Notes: generated by a model from the sequence alone, not told the origin. A DNA stretch of 64,000 nucleotides from Candidatus Saccharimonadota bacterium (GCA_014377695.1 JACMPA010000026.1:4873-68872); one strand, 5' to 3'. Numbered from the stretch's first letter, positions 28,612 to 38,734 are shown. A program made the numbers and translations.

Positions 28612-30147
28612 TTAAGGGTCAGTCCGGTATTGGCGACTCAAATAATCGCCATAGTCACCACGTGAAGCACATAAGCTGGCCGTACCACAGACAAAGGGAT
28701 CATATCCAGAATACGCAAAGAACGCTTGTTCTTTGGCATATAAGTCATCACCCGTAACGTTTGGCTCGAGTTGGCGGATTGGATACCCGGTGTAGTAGGC
28801 TAGCTTAGCTGTTGGATTATCAGTGCGAAAAGCCATGAATGCCGTTGCCGCCAGTTGCCCGGCAGATTTGTGGTCACTATGATCAGTATACATAGCGCCG
28901 AAGTCATAGGTCAGTTGCGTGCGCACTTCTGTAGGCCGATAGGCATCGAAGATCTTCTCTAGGGCCAGAACTAGCTGGCCATAACTATACGACGATTGTC
29001 CGTCGACAGTTTTAATTGACGCATCAGCTCTTGATATCAGCCTAGAAATACTCTCGTTGCCAGTCGATCCAAAACCACCACCTGAACCGCCGTCCGGCAA
29101 ATGCAAAAACAGCAAAGATATACCCGGGTTAGACGTTGAAGTAACTATCGTCGCGAACTCCCTGGTACCAAGCTTGACGGTCTGATTAGTCCATTCATCC
29201 GGTAAGCCCGTCAATGAAGCATAGGCCGCCTCGGCCCCACGTTCTCGACCCAACCAATAATAATTTGAATTACCAGCATCACCGGCTGTTAGGTAAACCG
29301 TACGGATGCAATCACCCTGCTGAATACTGTGTAGCAAATCGGGGTTCATAAATAATAGATCATCATCCTGGTGTGCTACCACTTGAACAATATTGTTATG
29401 GCCTGGACAGGCCGATGGCGGCAAGTCACTGAGCGCTAGCTGCTGCACCGCGTCATTATAAACCGTTAGGTCTTGGGTAGGCCGTGCAAAAATTTGGAGC
29501 GGCCGTGGCGGGCGAGCAGTTCGGTGTTGTACCCCATGATCATAGAATAACAAGGCTTCTAGCGGTTGCTCGCTTGTCCCCGCGGTGATTGTCACTGCAG
29601 ATGGTCGACCATAGGCAGCGTACGTGGCTTGTAGGCTACAGCCATGGCCGGCATTGCCTGATACATTTGTTAGCAGATAGGCAAAACTACCCTGACCATG
29701 CCGCGCACCCATAGCCGTTTGAGCATTAGCGGCAGTTGGGCAACCATCAAGCGTAATCATAGTTGTCGCGCCGTTGGCTACCGGTTGCTGAAGCGTTAGT
29801 AGCCGGCGAAAATCACCGACCAGGTTCGTTGCATGATGGTCAACCAAAGCCTGGGTAACAGACGCGTTACGTTCGACTAGATTATTAGTCTCGGATACTG
29901 ACATTTCAAGAGTGTTAGTACCTATCGTTAACGCTACTACGCCTACCAAAGCGACGACAACCAGGAGCCCAGAGAACAGAATACGGTGTTTGGTACGACG
30001 TTGTGCAGACAGCATCAAATGCAAGTTAGTAATGGCCTGCTGTTTTACGTTCAAGGGTATCTGGCGATGCAAAGATACTACATGCGTACGGTTGTTTCGA
30101 TTAGGCTGTTTCACAATTGAATTAGTAGAGAGGTTCCTCGGCCCCAC
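28612..30147 (-). CDS. PIG-L/LmbE-family deacetylase with an N-terminal signal-anchor
   Basis: VVAHQDDDLLFMNPD (AHPDDE-type motif) and YTDHSDHKSAG (HxDH). One TM (ILFSGLLVVVALVGVVALTI) preceded by RRTKHR. Alternative ATG at 30015. Confidence 0.8.
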   Translation of the reverse strand: MGPRNLSTNSIVKQPNRNNRTHVVSLHRQIPLNVKQQAITNLHLMLSAQRRTKHRILFSGLLVVVALVGVVALTIGTNTLEMSVSETNNLVERNASVTQALVDHHATNLVGDFRRLLTLQQPVANGATTMITLDGCPTAANAQTAMGARHGQGSFAYLLTNVSGNAGHGCSLQATYAAYGRPSAVTITAGTSEQPLEALLFYDHGVQHRTARPPRPLQIFARPTQDLTVYNDAVQQLALSDLPPSACPGHNNIVQVVAHQDDDLLFMNPDLLHSIQQGDCIRTVYLTAGDAGNSNYYWLGRERGAEAAYASLTGLPDEWTNQTVKLGTREFATIVTSTSNPGISLLFLHLPDGGSGGGFGSTGNESISRLISRADASIKTVDGQSSYSYGQLVLALEKIFDAYRPTEVRTQLTYDFGAMYTDHSDHKSAGQLAATAFMAFRTDNPTAKLAYYTGYPIRQLEPNVTGDDLYAKEQAFFAYSGYDPFVCGTASLCASRGDYGDYLSRQYRTDP

Positions 30148-30526
30148 GAAAAATGCTCGCTTTATACAGCTGAAAATTCCAAAGTGTCGTGATTAATAAA
30201 GCAACAGTACGGGTTATAGTCGCTGCGATGTGTCCTTCAAGTAATTTAGTGAGGGCGATTGTAAAGGCAAAGTTCCACACCACTAAAGCCGTGACTGCAG
30301 CCGTCTGTCTGAGCAAGACCTTGTGGTGGGTACGTTTGTCACCGAATGTTACGAATTTTTGCAGGATAAACGAAACGACCAGTCCAACGCAAAATGCTAT
30401 CGCAACTGCTGGGACGGCCGACAATCCGGCTCCCTGCCCGACCAGAATTACACCGAGTTCAAGGACGTACACACTCCCCCCAACGAGTAGGTAGCGCACG
30501 AACCGACGCTGTAGCAGGGCTTTCAT
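30122..30526 (-). CDS. GtrA family membrane protein (lipid-linked sugar translocation)
   Basis: RFVRYLLVGGSVYVLELG...QKFVTF, four TM segments. Overlaps both neighbouring genes. Confidence 0.85.
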   Translation of the reverse strand: MKALLQRRFVRYLLVGGSVYVLELGVILVGQGAGLSAVPAVAIAFCVGLVVSFILQKFVTFGDKRTHHKVLLRQTAAVTALVVWNFAFTIALTKLLEGHIAATITRTVALLITTLWNFQLYKASIFRGAEEPLY

Positions 30527-31491
30527 AGCTGTTGCGAGGAATTTGCTTCGTCAATTATATAGAGCGGGCGACTCTGAGACTCAGCGTGTATATGCGACAG
30601 ATATAATCCAATAATTCCCTGAGACACCATTAGGATACCCACCAGGCATAGCGTGATAACTTCGATGTAGGCTCCACCTGTAGCATGCAAGCCCAACACG
30701 TCACCGAAGATGGCATTAATGATCATGCCAAGAAGCAGCAACAGGGCTAGTGGCAACACGACAACCCCGATGTATGCGACGAAGTATAGCGGCGATACGC
30801 TCAACGATATGACACTGTCGATCGATAATTTGATCAGCTGTCGCACCGAGTACGTGGCATCGCCAGCTATCCGCTCGTCGGCCTCAAAATCAATGAATTC
30901 CTGTTTGTAACCCAACCAGTCGATCAGACCACGAGTAATTCGATTACGCTCGGTAAGTCGATTGAACTCACGCTGGACTGTATGGTCTATCAGGCGAAAA
31001 TCGGTTGAGCCAGAAATTAATTGTGTCCCAGAAATACGATTAAACAACTTGTAGAAATACTTTGACCCAACACGTTTCATAAACCCTTGGTGGCGATCAA
31101 GCGTCCGGACACCGACTACTACCTTAGCACCGGCACGCCAGCGGGCTACGAACTCAGGAATGTGTTGTACCGGGTGCTGCCCATCGGCATCAATCGTCAA
31201 AACAGCTGCCCCTCGGGCAGCGTGAATACCGGCAGTAATTGCCAATTCTTTGCCAAAATTACGGCTAAAGCTGATAATGCGGACCGTTTTGTCGCGGCTA
31301 GCCAATTCGTGTAGTGTTTGCAGCGAGTTATCCCGGCTGCCGTCATTACAGTATATGATTTCACACGGCATTTTGAGTCCACTCAATACCTTGGTAACTG
31401 AGTGGTGAAAAGCCGCAATGCCGGCTTGCTCGTTGTAGACGGGCACGACAACCGATAGTTCGGGATGGATTGTGTTCATACGTTCAGCCAA
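30523..31491 (-). CDS. GT2 polyprenyl-phosphate glycosyltransferase (GtrB/DPM1/ArnC-like)
   Basis: LSVVVPVYNEQ, NDGSRD, IDADGQHP, C-terminal two-TM hairpin. Confidence 0.9.
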   Translation of the reverse strand: MAERMNTIHPELSVVVPVYNEQAGIAAFHHSVTKVLSGLKMPCEIIYCNDGSRDNSLQTLHELASRDKTVRIISFSRNFGKELAITAGIHAARGAAVLTIDADGQHPVQHIPEFVARWRAGAKVVVGVRTLDRHQGFMKRVGSKYFYKLFNRISGTQLISGSTDFRLIDHTVQREFNRLTERNRITRGLIDWLGYKQEFIDFEADERIAGDATYSVRQLIKLSIDSVISLSVSPLYFVAYIGVVVLPLALLLLLGMIINAIFGDVLGLHATGGAYIEVITLCLVGILMVSQGIIGLYLSHIHAESQSRPLYIIDEANSSQQL

Positions 31492-31540
31492 TTGTAGCAG
31501 TAATCACCCCTGTTTCAAAGCATCACAGGCGCAACGAAAT

Positions 31541-31942
31541 TTATAGGAATAAGCGTTCGAGACGAGCCAACAAGTCATTGAGTGAAACATCGGCTTTGAC
31601 GATGAAGTCGACAGCCCCTAGCCCGCGGGCTTCCTGCTCATCACTGAGCTGTGAAAGATTAGTGAACACAGCAATCGGAATACCGCTGAGCGTAGGATCT
31701 GCCCGTACCGCTTGCAGTACCTCAAACCCATTCAATTTAGGCATAATCAAATCAAGGAGAACTAAATCAGGCGCCGCGGTTTTGATGAGAGCCACTGCTT
31801 CAGCACCATCATGAGCCAACACTACAACGTAACCAGCTCGTTCTAAACCGTCTTTATAAGCGACGAGGATGAACTCCTCGTCATCGGCCAGGAGGATAGT
31901 TTTGGGCTTAGTTTGGGTAGGTTGTAGTGCATTATCTTCCAT
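31541..31942 (-). CDS. Single-domain response regulator (receiver only), divergent from pilB
   Basis: ILLADDEE, PDLVLLDLIMP, FIVKA. Confidence 0.85.
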   Translation of the reverse strand: MEDNALQPTQTKPKTILLADDEEFILVAYKDGLERAGYVVVLAHDGAEAVALIKTAAPDLVLLDLIMPKLNGFEVLQAVRADPTLSGIPIAVFTNLSQLSDEQEARGLGAVDFIVKADVSLNDLLARLERLFL

Positions 31943-32109
31943 GTGCCACTACTGTATCATAAAGCACTCGCCGTGGCAGGTCTGGGCCCGTAATGTACTC
32001 TGGTAATTGTCTAGACTGATTGCTACAATACTGCTAACGTTTGAGGCGTCAAAACAGCTCTATTTGCAATAAGTAGATAAGCTAGCAAGCATAGGGTGGA
32101 ACATAGTAC

Positions 32110-33804
32110 ATGACACTGACCGATGATGAACTCGCCAAGGTACTAGAGCACCTTAAGTATTTGCCGCCCGCCAAATTAGCTTCTGCCCAGGCTGATGCTA
32201 AGCTCGAAGAGCTCAGTCTATCTGATGCCTTAGTTCAACATGATTATCTCAGCGAGGATGAAGTTGGCAAGGTAATGGCTTTCCATTATCAATTGCCCTA
32301 CGTATCGCTAACGAGCGTGAATATTGCTGATCCGTTACTACGGCTTATTCCTGAACAAGTTGCTAGTCAATTTCAGACCGTACCATTCAAAATAACAGAT
32401 AACAGCATGCACATCGCTACCAATAATCCTACGGCCACTGACTTATTTGGCATGTTGGCCAAAAAAGCCGGAGCAGCTGATTACAAAGTATCGTTTGCTA
32501 CCGAAGCCGGTATTGCGGCTGCGCTTCATTTGTATAAGCAACAGCTCCAAGGCGTCTTCGATGCGCTACTTGCCCAATCGAAACGTAATGCCACTGAGCC
32601 GATCGCCAAACTTGTCGACAAACTGTTTGAGTATGCCTATGACGCGCGCGCCTCAGACTTACACATTGAACCACTGCGCGAAAAGACGGTGGTACGTTTT
32701 CGAATCGACGGTGTGCTACATGACGAGGTGTTCTTCCCGAAGAAGATTCACGATCAGATTGTCAGTCGGTTAAAAGTACTGGCTCGCCTAAGAACCGATG
32801 AGCATTTAAGTGCCCAAGACGGTCGATTGCACGTCACACTCGGTAGTGAGCAGTTAACTGTTCGTGTTTCGATTGTCCCGAATGTGATGGGCGAAAAAGT
32901 TGTGATGCGGTTACTAGCTAAGCATAGCCGTCAGTTTAGCCTGACAGATCTTGGTATGAGTGATTCTGATCTGAAACAAGTGCGGACGGGCTTTGCCCGG
33001 CCGTTTGGAATGATTCTATCGACCGGACCAACCGGGTCCGGTAAGACTACCAGCATGTACGCCATCCTAAAGATTCTCAACACCCGCGAGCGCAACATTG
33101 CCACGATCGAAGACCCCGTCGAATACGAACTTGATGGAATTAATCAGATTCAGGTCAATGCCAAAACTAACCTGACCTTTAGCGAGGGCTTACGGTCGTT
33201 ACTACGCCAAGATCCAGATGTGCTATTCGTCGGCGAGATTCGCGACCAAGACACGGCGAGTATCGCCGTAAACGCTGCTATGACTGGTCACTTAGTGCTC
33301 AGCACCATGCACACTAACGATGCAGTTACGACGCTGCCCCGTTTAGTGGATATGCAGATCGAACCGTTCCTAGCCGCGTCTACGGTCAATGTGATTGTGG
33401 CTCAACGTTTGGTCCGCAAAATATGTAGTCATTGTAAATCTAGCTTGGAGCTAAAACGTACCAGTAAAGGCTGGCTTGGCGACGCCGCTCAAGCAGCCGT
33501 CCTGAATGCTTTGAATCCCGTAGTCATCGATAAGCATTTTGGCAAAAAAGCCTCCGTCCGAGTTTATCGCGGCACGGGCTGTAGCGCCTGTCACGATACT
33601 GGCTATCAAGGTCGAATTGGTATTTTTGAGGTATTAGAGGTCACGCCAAAGCTAGCACAATTAATCAGCGCCCGGGCTGACACCGACAGTTTGCTCGCTC
33701 AAGCTGTTGCTGACGGTATGGAGACAATGCTGGATGATGGTTTAGAAAAAGTCCTTAGCGGCGAAACGACGCTACTCGAAATTCTAAGAGTCACTGAGGT
33801 CTAG
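32110..33804 (+). CDS. pilB: Type IV pilus assembly ATPase (GspE/PilB family)
   Basis: T2SSE N-domain, Walker A GPTGSGKTT, Asp box, Walker B VLFVGEIRD, His box, tetracysteine CSHC...CSAC. Confidence 0.93.
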   Translation: MTLTDDELAKVLEHLKYLPPAKLASAQADAKLEELSLSDALVQHDYLSEDEVGKVMAFHYQLPYVSLTSVNIADPLLRLIPEQVASQFQTVPFKITDNSMHIATNNPTATDLFGMLAKKAGAADYKVSFATEAGIAAALHLYKQQLQGVFDALLAQSKRNATEPIAKLVDKLFEYAYDARASDLHIEPLREKTVVRFRIDGVLHDEVFFPKKIHDQIVSRLKVLARLRTDEHLSAQDGRLHVTLGSEQLTVRVSIVPNVMGEKVVMRLLAKHSRQFSLTDLGMSDSDLKQVRTGFARPFGMILSTGPTGSGKTTSMYAILKILNTRERNIATIEDPVEYELDGINQIQVNAKTNLTFSEGLRSLLRQDPDVLFVGEIRDQDTASIAVNAAMTGHLVLSTMHTNDAVTTLPRLVDMQIEPFLAASTVNVIVAQRLVRKICSHCKSSLELKRTSKGWLGDAAQAAVLNALNPVVIDKHFGKKASVRVYRGTGCSACHDTGYQGRIGIFEVLEVTPKLAQLISARADTDSLLAQAVADGMETMLDDGLEKVLSGETTLLEILRVTEV

Positions 33805-33810
33805 TCAATA

Positions 33811-34878
33811 ATGTCTACAACCGACAAACACCTAAACATACACTTGAAGGGTAAAGAACGGCTTAGTTTATTTAGTGATTTATCAACCATGCTAACTGCC
33901 GGGATTCCGATCTTAGAAGCCGTCGAATCGCTCGAGGAAGACGTCCGTGGCAACATGAAGAAAGTTCTAGCGATCTTGCACCACAACCTCAATAACGGCG
34001 AGCCTTTGTCGATGGGGTTAGAACGTATGCCCCATGCTTTTGACCCGATTACCGTCAACCTGATACGGGCTGCAGAAGCGGGTGGCACGTTAGAGGAAAC
34101 GCTGCATGACATTGTGCAGACTACCAAAAAAGAGCTGGCTTTCAGCGAGCAACTCCGTAACACCATGATCTACCCTCTGTTTGTAATGGGCGTGTTCATG
34201 ACCATCGTCATCCTGATGTTGACCTTCGTAATTCCACGAGTCGCCAAAGTATTCGAAACGATGCACGTCCAAATGCCGTTCGTAACCCGGATGATGATAT
34301 CGGCATCAAAAACATTCAATGATCACTGGATACTCATTGGTATCGCTTTTATCGCGCTGATCATTTTTGCAGTTGGTTTCGTCAAGGTTAATAGCCGTCC
34401 GATTGCCCGCTTACTTTTGTCGTTACCCGGTTTGAAAATACTCGGGACTAACATTGACCTAACACGCTTTACGCGCAGCTTCGGTTTGCTCATGCATGCT
34501 GGCGTCCCAGTTATCGAAGCGCTCGAGTTATCAGAGAAAGTTGTTCGCAAGAAACAGCTTGTTGAGCTCGTGCAAGACATGAAGCGCAATGTAGAGAACG
34601 GTAAACCGTTATCGACCGGGATGCGTGGCAAAAGAGGCCTAATACCACCAATTATGTCTCGGTCAATCGAAACTGCCGAGGAATCCGGCACGCTCGAACA
34701 GACGATGCAGAATCTGACCGAATATTTCGATGACCAAGTTGCCGGCAGCGTCAAAGTCGTCAGTAGCCTGATTGAGCCAATATTACTGGTCATGGTCGGT
34801 TTAATGGTTGGAGCACTGATGATTACGATTATCGCCCCAATTTATGGCTTAATATCTCAAATTAATCCGAAGTCATAG
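33811..34878 (+). CDS. pilC: Type IV pilus platform protein (GspF/PilC family)
   Basis: Two T2SSF repeats (LSTMLTAGIPILEAV; FGLLMHAGVPVIEAL) and three TM segments. Confidence 0.9.
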   Translation: MSTTDKHLNIHLKGKERLSLFSDLSTMLTAGIPILEAVESLEEDVRGNMKKVLAILHHNLNNGEPLSMGLERMPHAFDPITVNLIRAAEAGGTLEETLHDIVQTTKKELAFSEQLRNTMIYPLFVMGVFMTIVILMLTFVIPRVAKVFETMHVQMPFVTRMMISASKTFNDHWILIGIAFIALIIFAVGFVKVNSRPIARLLLSLPGLKILGTNIDLTRFTRSFGLLMHAGVPVIEALELSEKVVRKKQLVELVQDMKRNVENGKPLSTGMRGKRGLIPPIMSRSIETAEESGTLEQTMQNLTEYFDDQVAGSVKVVSSLIEPILLVMVGLMVGALMITIIAPIYGLISQINPKS

Positions 34879-34883
34879 GGCAT

Positions 34884-35369
34884 ATGTTCCGCAGCATCAC
34901 TACTGACCAATCGGGATTTACACTCGTTGAAGCGTTGGTTGTAACTGGCATACTCGTCATCCTGTTTGCGGTTGGGGCAGTAAACCTCGGTCAGCCTCAG
35001 ACTAACGCTCGGTCAATCAGTGCCGTGGACACACTGGTTAACGACCTAAAGTCGCAGCAGATCGCTGCCATGGCTGGAGCAACGGGCAGCACGGCTGCTC
35101 AACAGGCAGCAGGTATATTTGTGCAATCCAATCAATACACCTTGTTCAATGGCGCCAGCTTTAGTGCTGGTAACAGTTATAACTACATGTTTACGCCCGC
35201 TATCGGCGTCGCATTCGGCACAACCTTCCCCGGCGGCATCATATTGTTTACCAAGGGGGCTGGTGAATTAAGCGGTTTCACGGCGGGTAATAATACCATA
35301 ACCGTAACCGCTGGCGGTGTCAGTAAAGTCATCACTATCAGCCGCTTTGGAGCGGTGACAGTCACATGA
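34884..35369 (+). CDS. Minor (pseudo)pilin with prepilin-type N-terminus
   Basis: QSG|FTLVEALVVTGILVILFAV. Confidence 0.8.
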   Translation: MFRSITTDQSGFTLVEALVVTGILVILFAVGAVNLGQPQTNARSISAVDTLVNDLKSQQIAAMAGATGSTAAQQAAGIFVQSNQYTLFNGASFSAGNSYNYMFTPAIGVAFGTTFPGGIILFTKGAGELSGFTAGNNTITVTAGGVSKVITISRFGAVTVT

Positions 35370-37240
35370 TACATCGGCAATTCGGACAACATTGGGAATC
35401 GGGAGCGACCATCGTCGAGGTCTTAGTAGCAATTGCTCTGACCGGAATATTTTTGCCGGTTTTAGCGACTGCACTGGTGACGGCAAATGCCGGTCATGCA
35501 ACCACAACCCAACAGCTCCAAGCCCAGAGCCTATTACGCGAAGCCACTGACGCTGTCCGAAGCGTCCGTGAAAAAGGTTGGGCGAATGTTGTCGCTGATG
35601 GAACATACCACCCAGTAATTTCTGGCAGCACCTGGAGCTTAACGAATGGTGCCGAAACCATCGGTGGTCTAACTAGGCAAATAGTCATTACGACGCCGCA
35701 GCGGAATGTAGCTGGCGCTATCGTACCGAGCGGTGGTGCTAACGACCCGTCAACTAAGCATGTCGTAGTGACGGTGTCGTGGACTAAGCCGGCTAGTGGC
35801 TCGCTCAGTACCGACTCATATATGACCCGCAATCTGAGCAACGTCGTCTGGACCCAAACTAGTCAAACAGACTTTACTGCCGGCACGCTGAATAACGTCA
35901 ACATTACCAACACAGCTGGGGGCGAGGTTATGCTAAATGCTGGTGGAAGTGGCATATCCTATGCTAGTCCAACGGTGGCTAGCACACTGGATATAACTGG
36001 TGTTACCGATGCCAACGATGTTTACATGGATACCAATACCAGCCGGGCATATGTTGTCAACGGCACCTCCCTGAGTATCATAAATGTCGCGAATCCGGCC
36101 GCTCCAGTTCTGCTGGGTACCTACTCGGCAGGCCTGCTATTGAATGGGGTGTATGTGGTGGGAAATTATGCCTACATTGCATCCTCATCGGATACAGCCG
36201 AACTGACAGTAGTGAACGTGACTACTCCGTCGAGCCCGACTTTGGCAGGCTCTTTGAATCTCGGCGACACCGCTGATGCCACGAGCATTTATGTCAGCGG
36301 AAGTAACGCCTACGTTGGCAAAATCCTCAGTAGCACCACCAATATCAATGAGTTCTACGTCGTCAATGTCAGTACGCCGACTAGCCCCAGCCTTGCTGGC
36401 TCCTTGAACCTGACAGGCAATATCAACTCCGTCTGTGTCAAAGGAAATTATGCCTACGTTGCCACCGCCATCACGACCGCCGAGCTGACGATAATTAACA
36501 TTACGACGCCAACTCTACCAGTCCAGGCAGGCGTCTACGATGCCGCCGGGACGGCAGCCGCTAACGATGTTTTTTGTGGCAGTACATATATCTACCTAGC
36601 TGAGGCTAGCAATACCGGCGGACCAGAGCTTTTCATCATCGATCCTTCAACACCAGTCAGTCCAACATTGACCGGCTCATATGAGGTTGGTAATACCGTA
36701 TATGGGGTAGCCGTCGCCGGCGCTGAGGCATTTTTGCTTACGGCTGTAAACAATAAGCAATTCACTGTTCTGGACACGACCATACCTTCAGCGCCGGTAG
36801 TTGAGGGCGTTGCTAAAATCACCGTAGCCAATGATATCTATGTAGCCAATAACAATGCTTATTTGGCATCGACTGATAACGTTGGTGAGCTTACTGTTAT
36901 GCAGGGGAGTGCCAGCACCGGCGGCCAGTCTGCCAGCGGAACTTATGAGTCACCGACACTCGACAGCGGCAATGGTGGCGGGGGGTTCAATTCCCTGGCC
37001 TTTACTATCAGCCAACCGACAAATACAACCGTTTCATTCCAAATCGCCACCAATAATGATAATGCCACTTGGTCGTATGTCGGGCCTGATGGTACCGCAA
37101 GAAGCCAATATACCGCCGCCGGAGCCATCCCGTTGGGCTTGGTTGGTAACCGCTATTTACGCTATAAAGCTGCGCTTTATACAACTACGAAGACCGTCTT
37201 GCCATTGATATACGACGTAACGGTGAATTATTCGCCATGA
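35366..37240 (+). CDS. Large minor pilin carrying a 7-blade LVIVD-repeat beta-propeller and a C-terminal beta-sandwich
   Basis: Prepilin-like ESG|ATIVEVLVAIALTGIFL. Seven repeats of the type NYAYIASSSDTAELTVVNVTTPSSPTLAG. ATGA overlaps at both ends. Confidence 0.75.
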   Translation: MIHRQFGQHWESGATIVEVLVAIALTGIFLPVLATALVTANAGHATTTQQLQAQSLLREATDAVRSVREKGWANVVADGTYHPVISGSTWSLTNGAETIGGLTRQIVITTPQRNVAGAIVPSGGANDPSTKHVVVTVSWTKPASGSLSTDSYMTRNLSNVVWTQTSQTDFTAGTLNNVNITNTAGGEVMLNAGGSGISYASPTVASTLDITGVTDANDVYMDTNTSRAYVVNGTSLSIINVANPAAPVLLGTYSAGLLLNGVYVVGNYAYIASSSDTAELTVVNVTTPSSPTLAGSLNLGDTADATSIYVSGSNAYVGKILSSTTNINEFYVVNVSTPTSPSLAGSLNLTGNINSVCVKGNYAYVATAITTAELTIINITTPTLPVQAGVYDAAGTAAANDVFCGSTYIYLAEASNTGGPELFIIDPSTPVSPTLTGSYEVGNTVYGVAVAGAEAFLLTAVNNKQFTVLDTTIPSAPVVEGVAKITVANDIYVANNNAYLASTDNVGELTVMQGSASTGGQSASGTYESPTLDSGNGGGGFNSLAFTISQPTNTTVSFQIATNNDNATWSYVGPDGTARSQYTAAGAIPLGLVGNRYLRYKAALYTTTKTVLPLIYDVTVNYSP

Positions 37241-37734
37241 TACAACTACGTCGTCTCGGTTCAAAGGGGGTAACATTTGTAGAGATCTTGCTCGTTATGG
37301 GTTTGCTTTCAATCTTTTTGGTTGTCATGACAACCATTTTTACCAGTGCCCTTGATGTTCAGACTCAATCGGAGACGTATAGTGCAACGCTGAGTGACGG
37401 GCGCTTCATCATGGCACGTTTAAACTATGACATCAGTCGGGCCACAGCCGTTACTACGCCAGCAGCGCTCGGCGCTGCTGGCACGTCCCTGGTGCTTACA
37501 ATCAACGCCACACCTTATACCTTCGCCGTGGTGGGTTCTAACCTACAACTAACTGACCCGACTGGTAGCGCCAACCTGACGGGTGGCACCAGCATATCGA
37601 GTGTTTCGTTCCAACGGCTTGGCAACGTCGGCGGCAAAGACACCGTCCGCTACACCTTCATTTTATCGAGCCTCGCCCGCAATGAGGGTGTCAGTAACAC
37701 GCAAACATTCACAAGCACGGCGGAGCTCCGATAA
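37237..37734 (+). CDS. Minor pilin with prepilin-type N-terminus
   Basis: SKG|VTFVEILLVMGLLSIFLVV. Confidence 0.75.
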   Translation: MIQLRRLGSKGVTFVEILLVMGLLSIFLVVMTTIFTSALDVQTQSETYSATLSDGRFIMARLNYDISRATAVTTPAALGAAGTSLVLTINATPYTFAVVGSNLQLTDPTGSANLTGGTSISSVSFQRLGNVGGKDTVRYTFILSSLARNEGVSNTQTFTSTAELR

Positions 37735-38135
37735 TGCAGCGAGGCGCTGAAAGTAGTCAAACTGGTCAAACAATCATTGCGCTGCTGATATTCATGTTGC
37801 TATCTATTTTGATAACAACAACGGCTGTCACAATCACAGTCATCAACTCTGCTGGGAACAATCAAAGCAGCCTTGGTGAGTTAGCTCGTCAGGCGGCCGA
37901 AACTGGTGCCGAGAATGCTTTGCTGCAATTAGAACGCGATCCTACCTATAGCGGTGAAACGATGTCTATAAATAGTGCTACAACTGCTACAATAACCGTA
38001 AGCGGTACCACGACACGCACCATCACTTCGACTGGAGCAGTTGCTGGCATCGGCACATTCAAGCGAACAGTAGTTGTTACCGCCACGTACAGCGGTTTTG
38101 CATTTACCGTCACAAACTGGATCGAAACACCATAA
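37734..38135 (+). CDS. PilX-like minor pilin (no Glu5)
   Basis: QTG|QTIIALLIFMLLSILITTTAV. Confidence 0.6.
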   Translation: MQRGAESSQTGQTIIALLIFMLLSILITTTAVTITVINSAGNNQSSLGELARQAAETGAENALLQLERDPTYSGETMSINSATTATITVSGTTTRTITSTGAVAGIGTFKRTVVVTATYSGFAFTVTNWIETP

Positions 38136-38139
38136 GCCC

Positions 38140-38697
38140 ATGCCTATATTTAGTAAGCCTAACGCAATTGTGTATGTCCGCCGCAGTGGATTGATTGTCG
38201 CCGGCAAAAAGCTAACGCCGGCTCGTCTGAATTTTGATCCGAAGCAGATTGAGAATTTAGAAGTATTAGACGAAGCAGCCTTCGTTGATACACTGACCGA
38301 ATTCTTTCGTAATCATAATCTTAAAAATAAACACGTCTTGATGGTATTGGACGATAGTGTGCTATTCACAAAACATGTAGCGCTGGATGCAGCCGGTAAA
38401 CCGGCTGCTATAACTGATGCCTTTATCGAATCTATGCCATTGCATCCTGGCAAGCGAGCTTGCTTGAGGGTTGTCCACGACAGCAAACTGACGTTATATG
38501 CCAGTAACGGTGACCTATACCGTAGTGTCGCAGGAGCCTTAGACTATGCAGGAGCATCAAAAGTACTAGCCATAACACCGGCCAATGCCTACCCTTCGGC
38601 CTCTGGTAAGCAACCATTGGCAGCTGCAGTACAGCAGTATGTCAATGATACAACTGTGCGCTCTTCAGCCAACTTTCAGAATACGCCTTTAGTTTAG
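38140..38697 (+). CDS. Pilus-locus protein resembling the N-terminal half of PilM (tentative)
   Basis: ATG at 38140, 5 nt after the previous stop. The pattern ...IENLEVLDEAAFVDTLTEFFRNHNLKNKHVLMVLDDSVLFTKHVAL... resembles PilM domain 1. No TM segment. Confidence 0.4.
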   Translation: MPIFSKPNAIVYVRRSGLIVAGKKLTPARLNFDPKQIENLEVLDEAAFVDTLTEFFRNHNLKNKHVLMVLDDSVLFTKHVALDAAGKPAAITDAFIESMPLHPGKRACLRVVHDSKLTLYASNGDLYRSVAGALDYAGASKVLAITPANAYPSASGKQPLAAAVQQYVNDTTVRSSANFQNTPLV

Positions 38698-38734
38698 ATA
38701 TTGTGATATTTGCAACGTATAACCATAGTTAATA

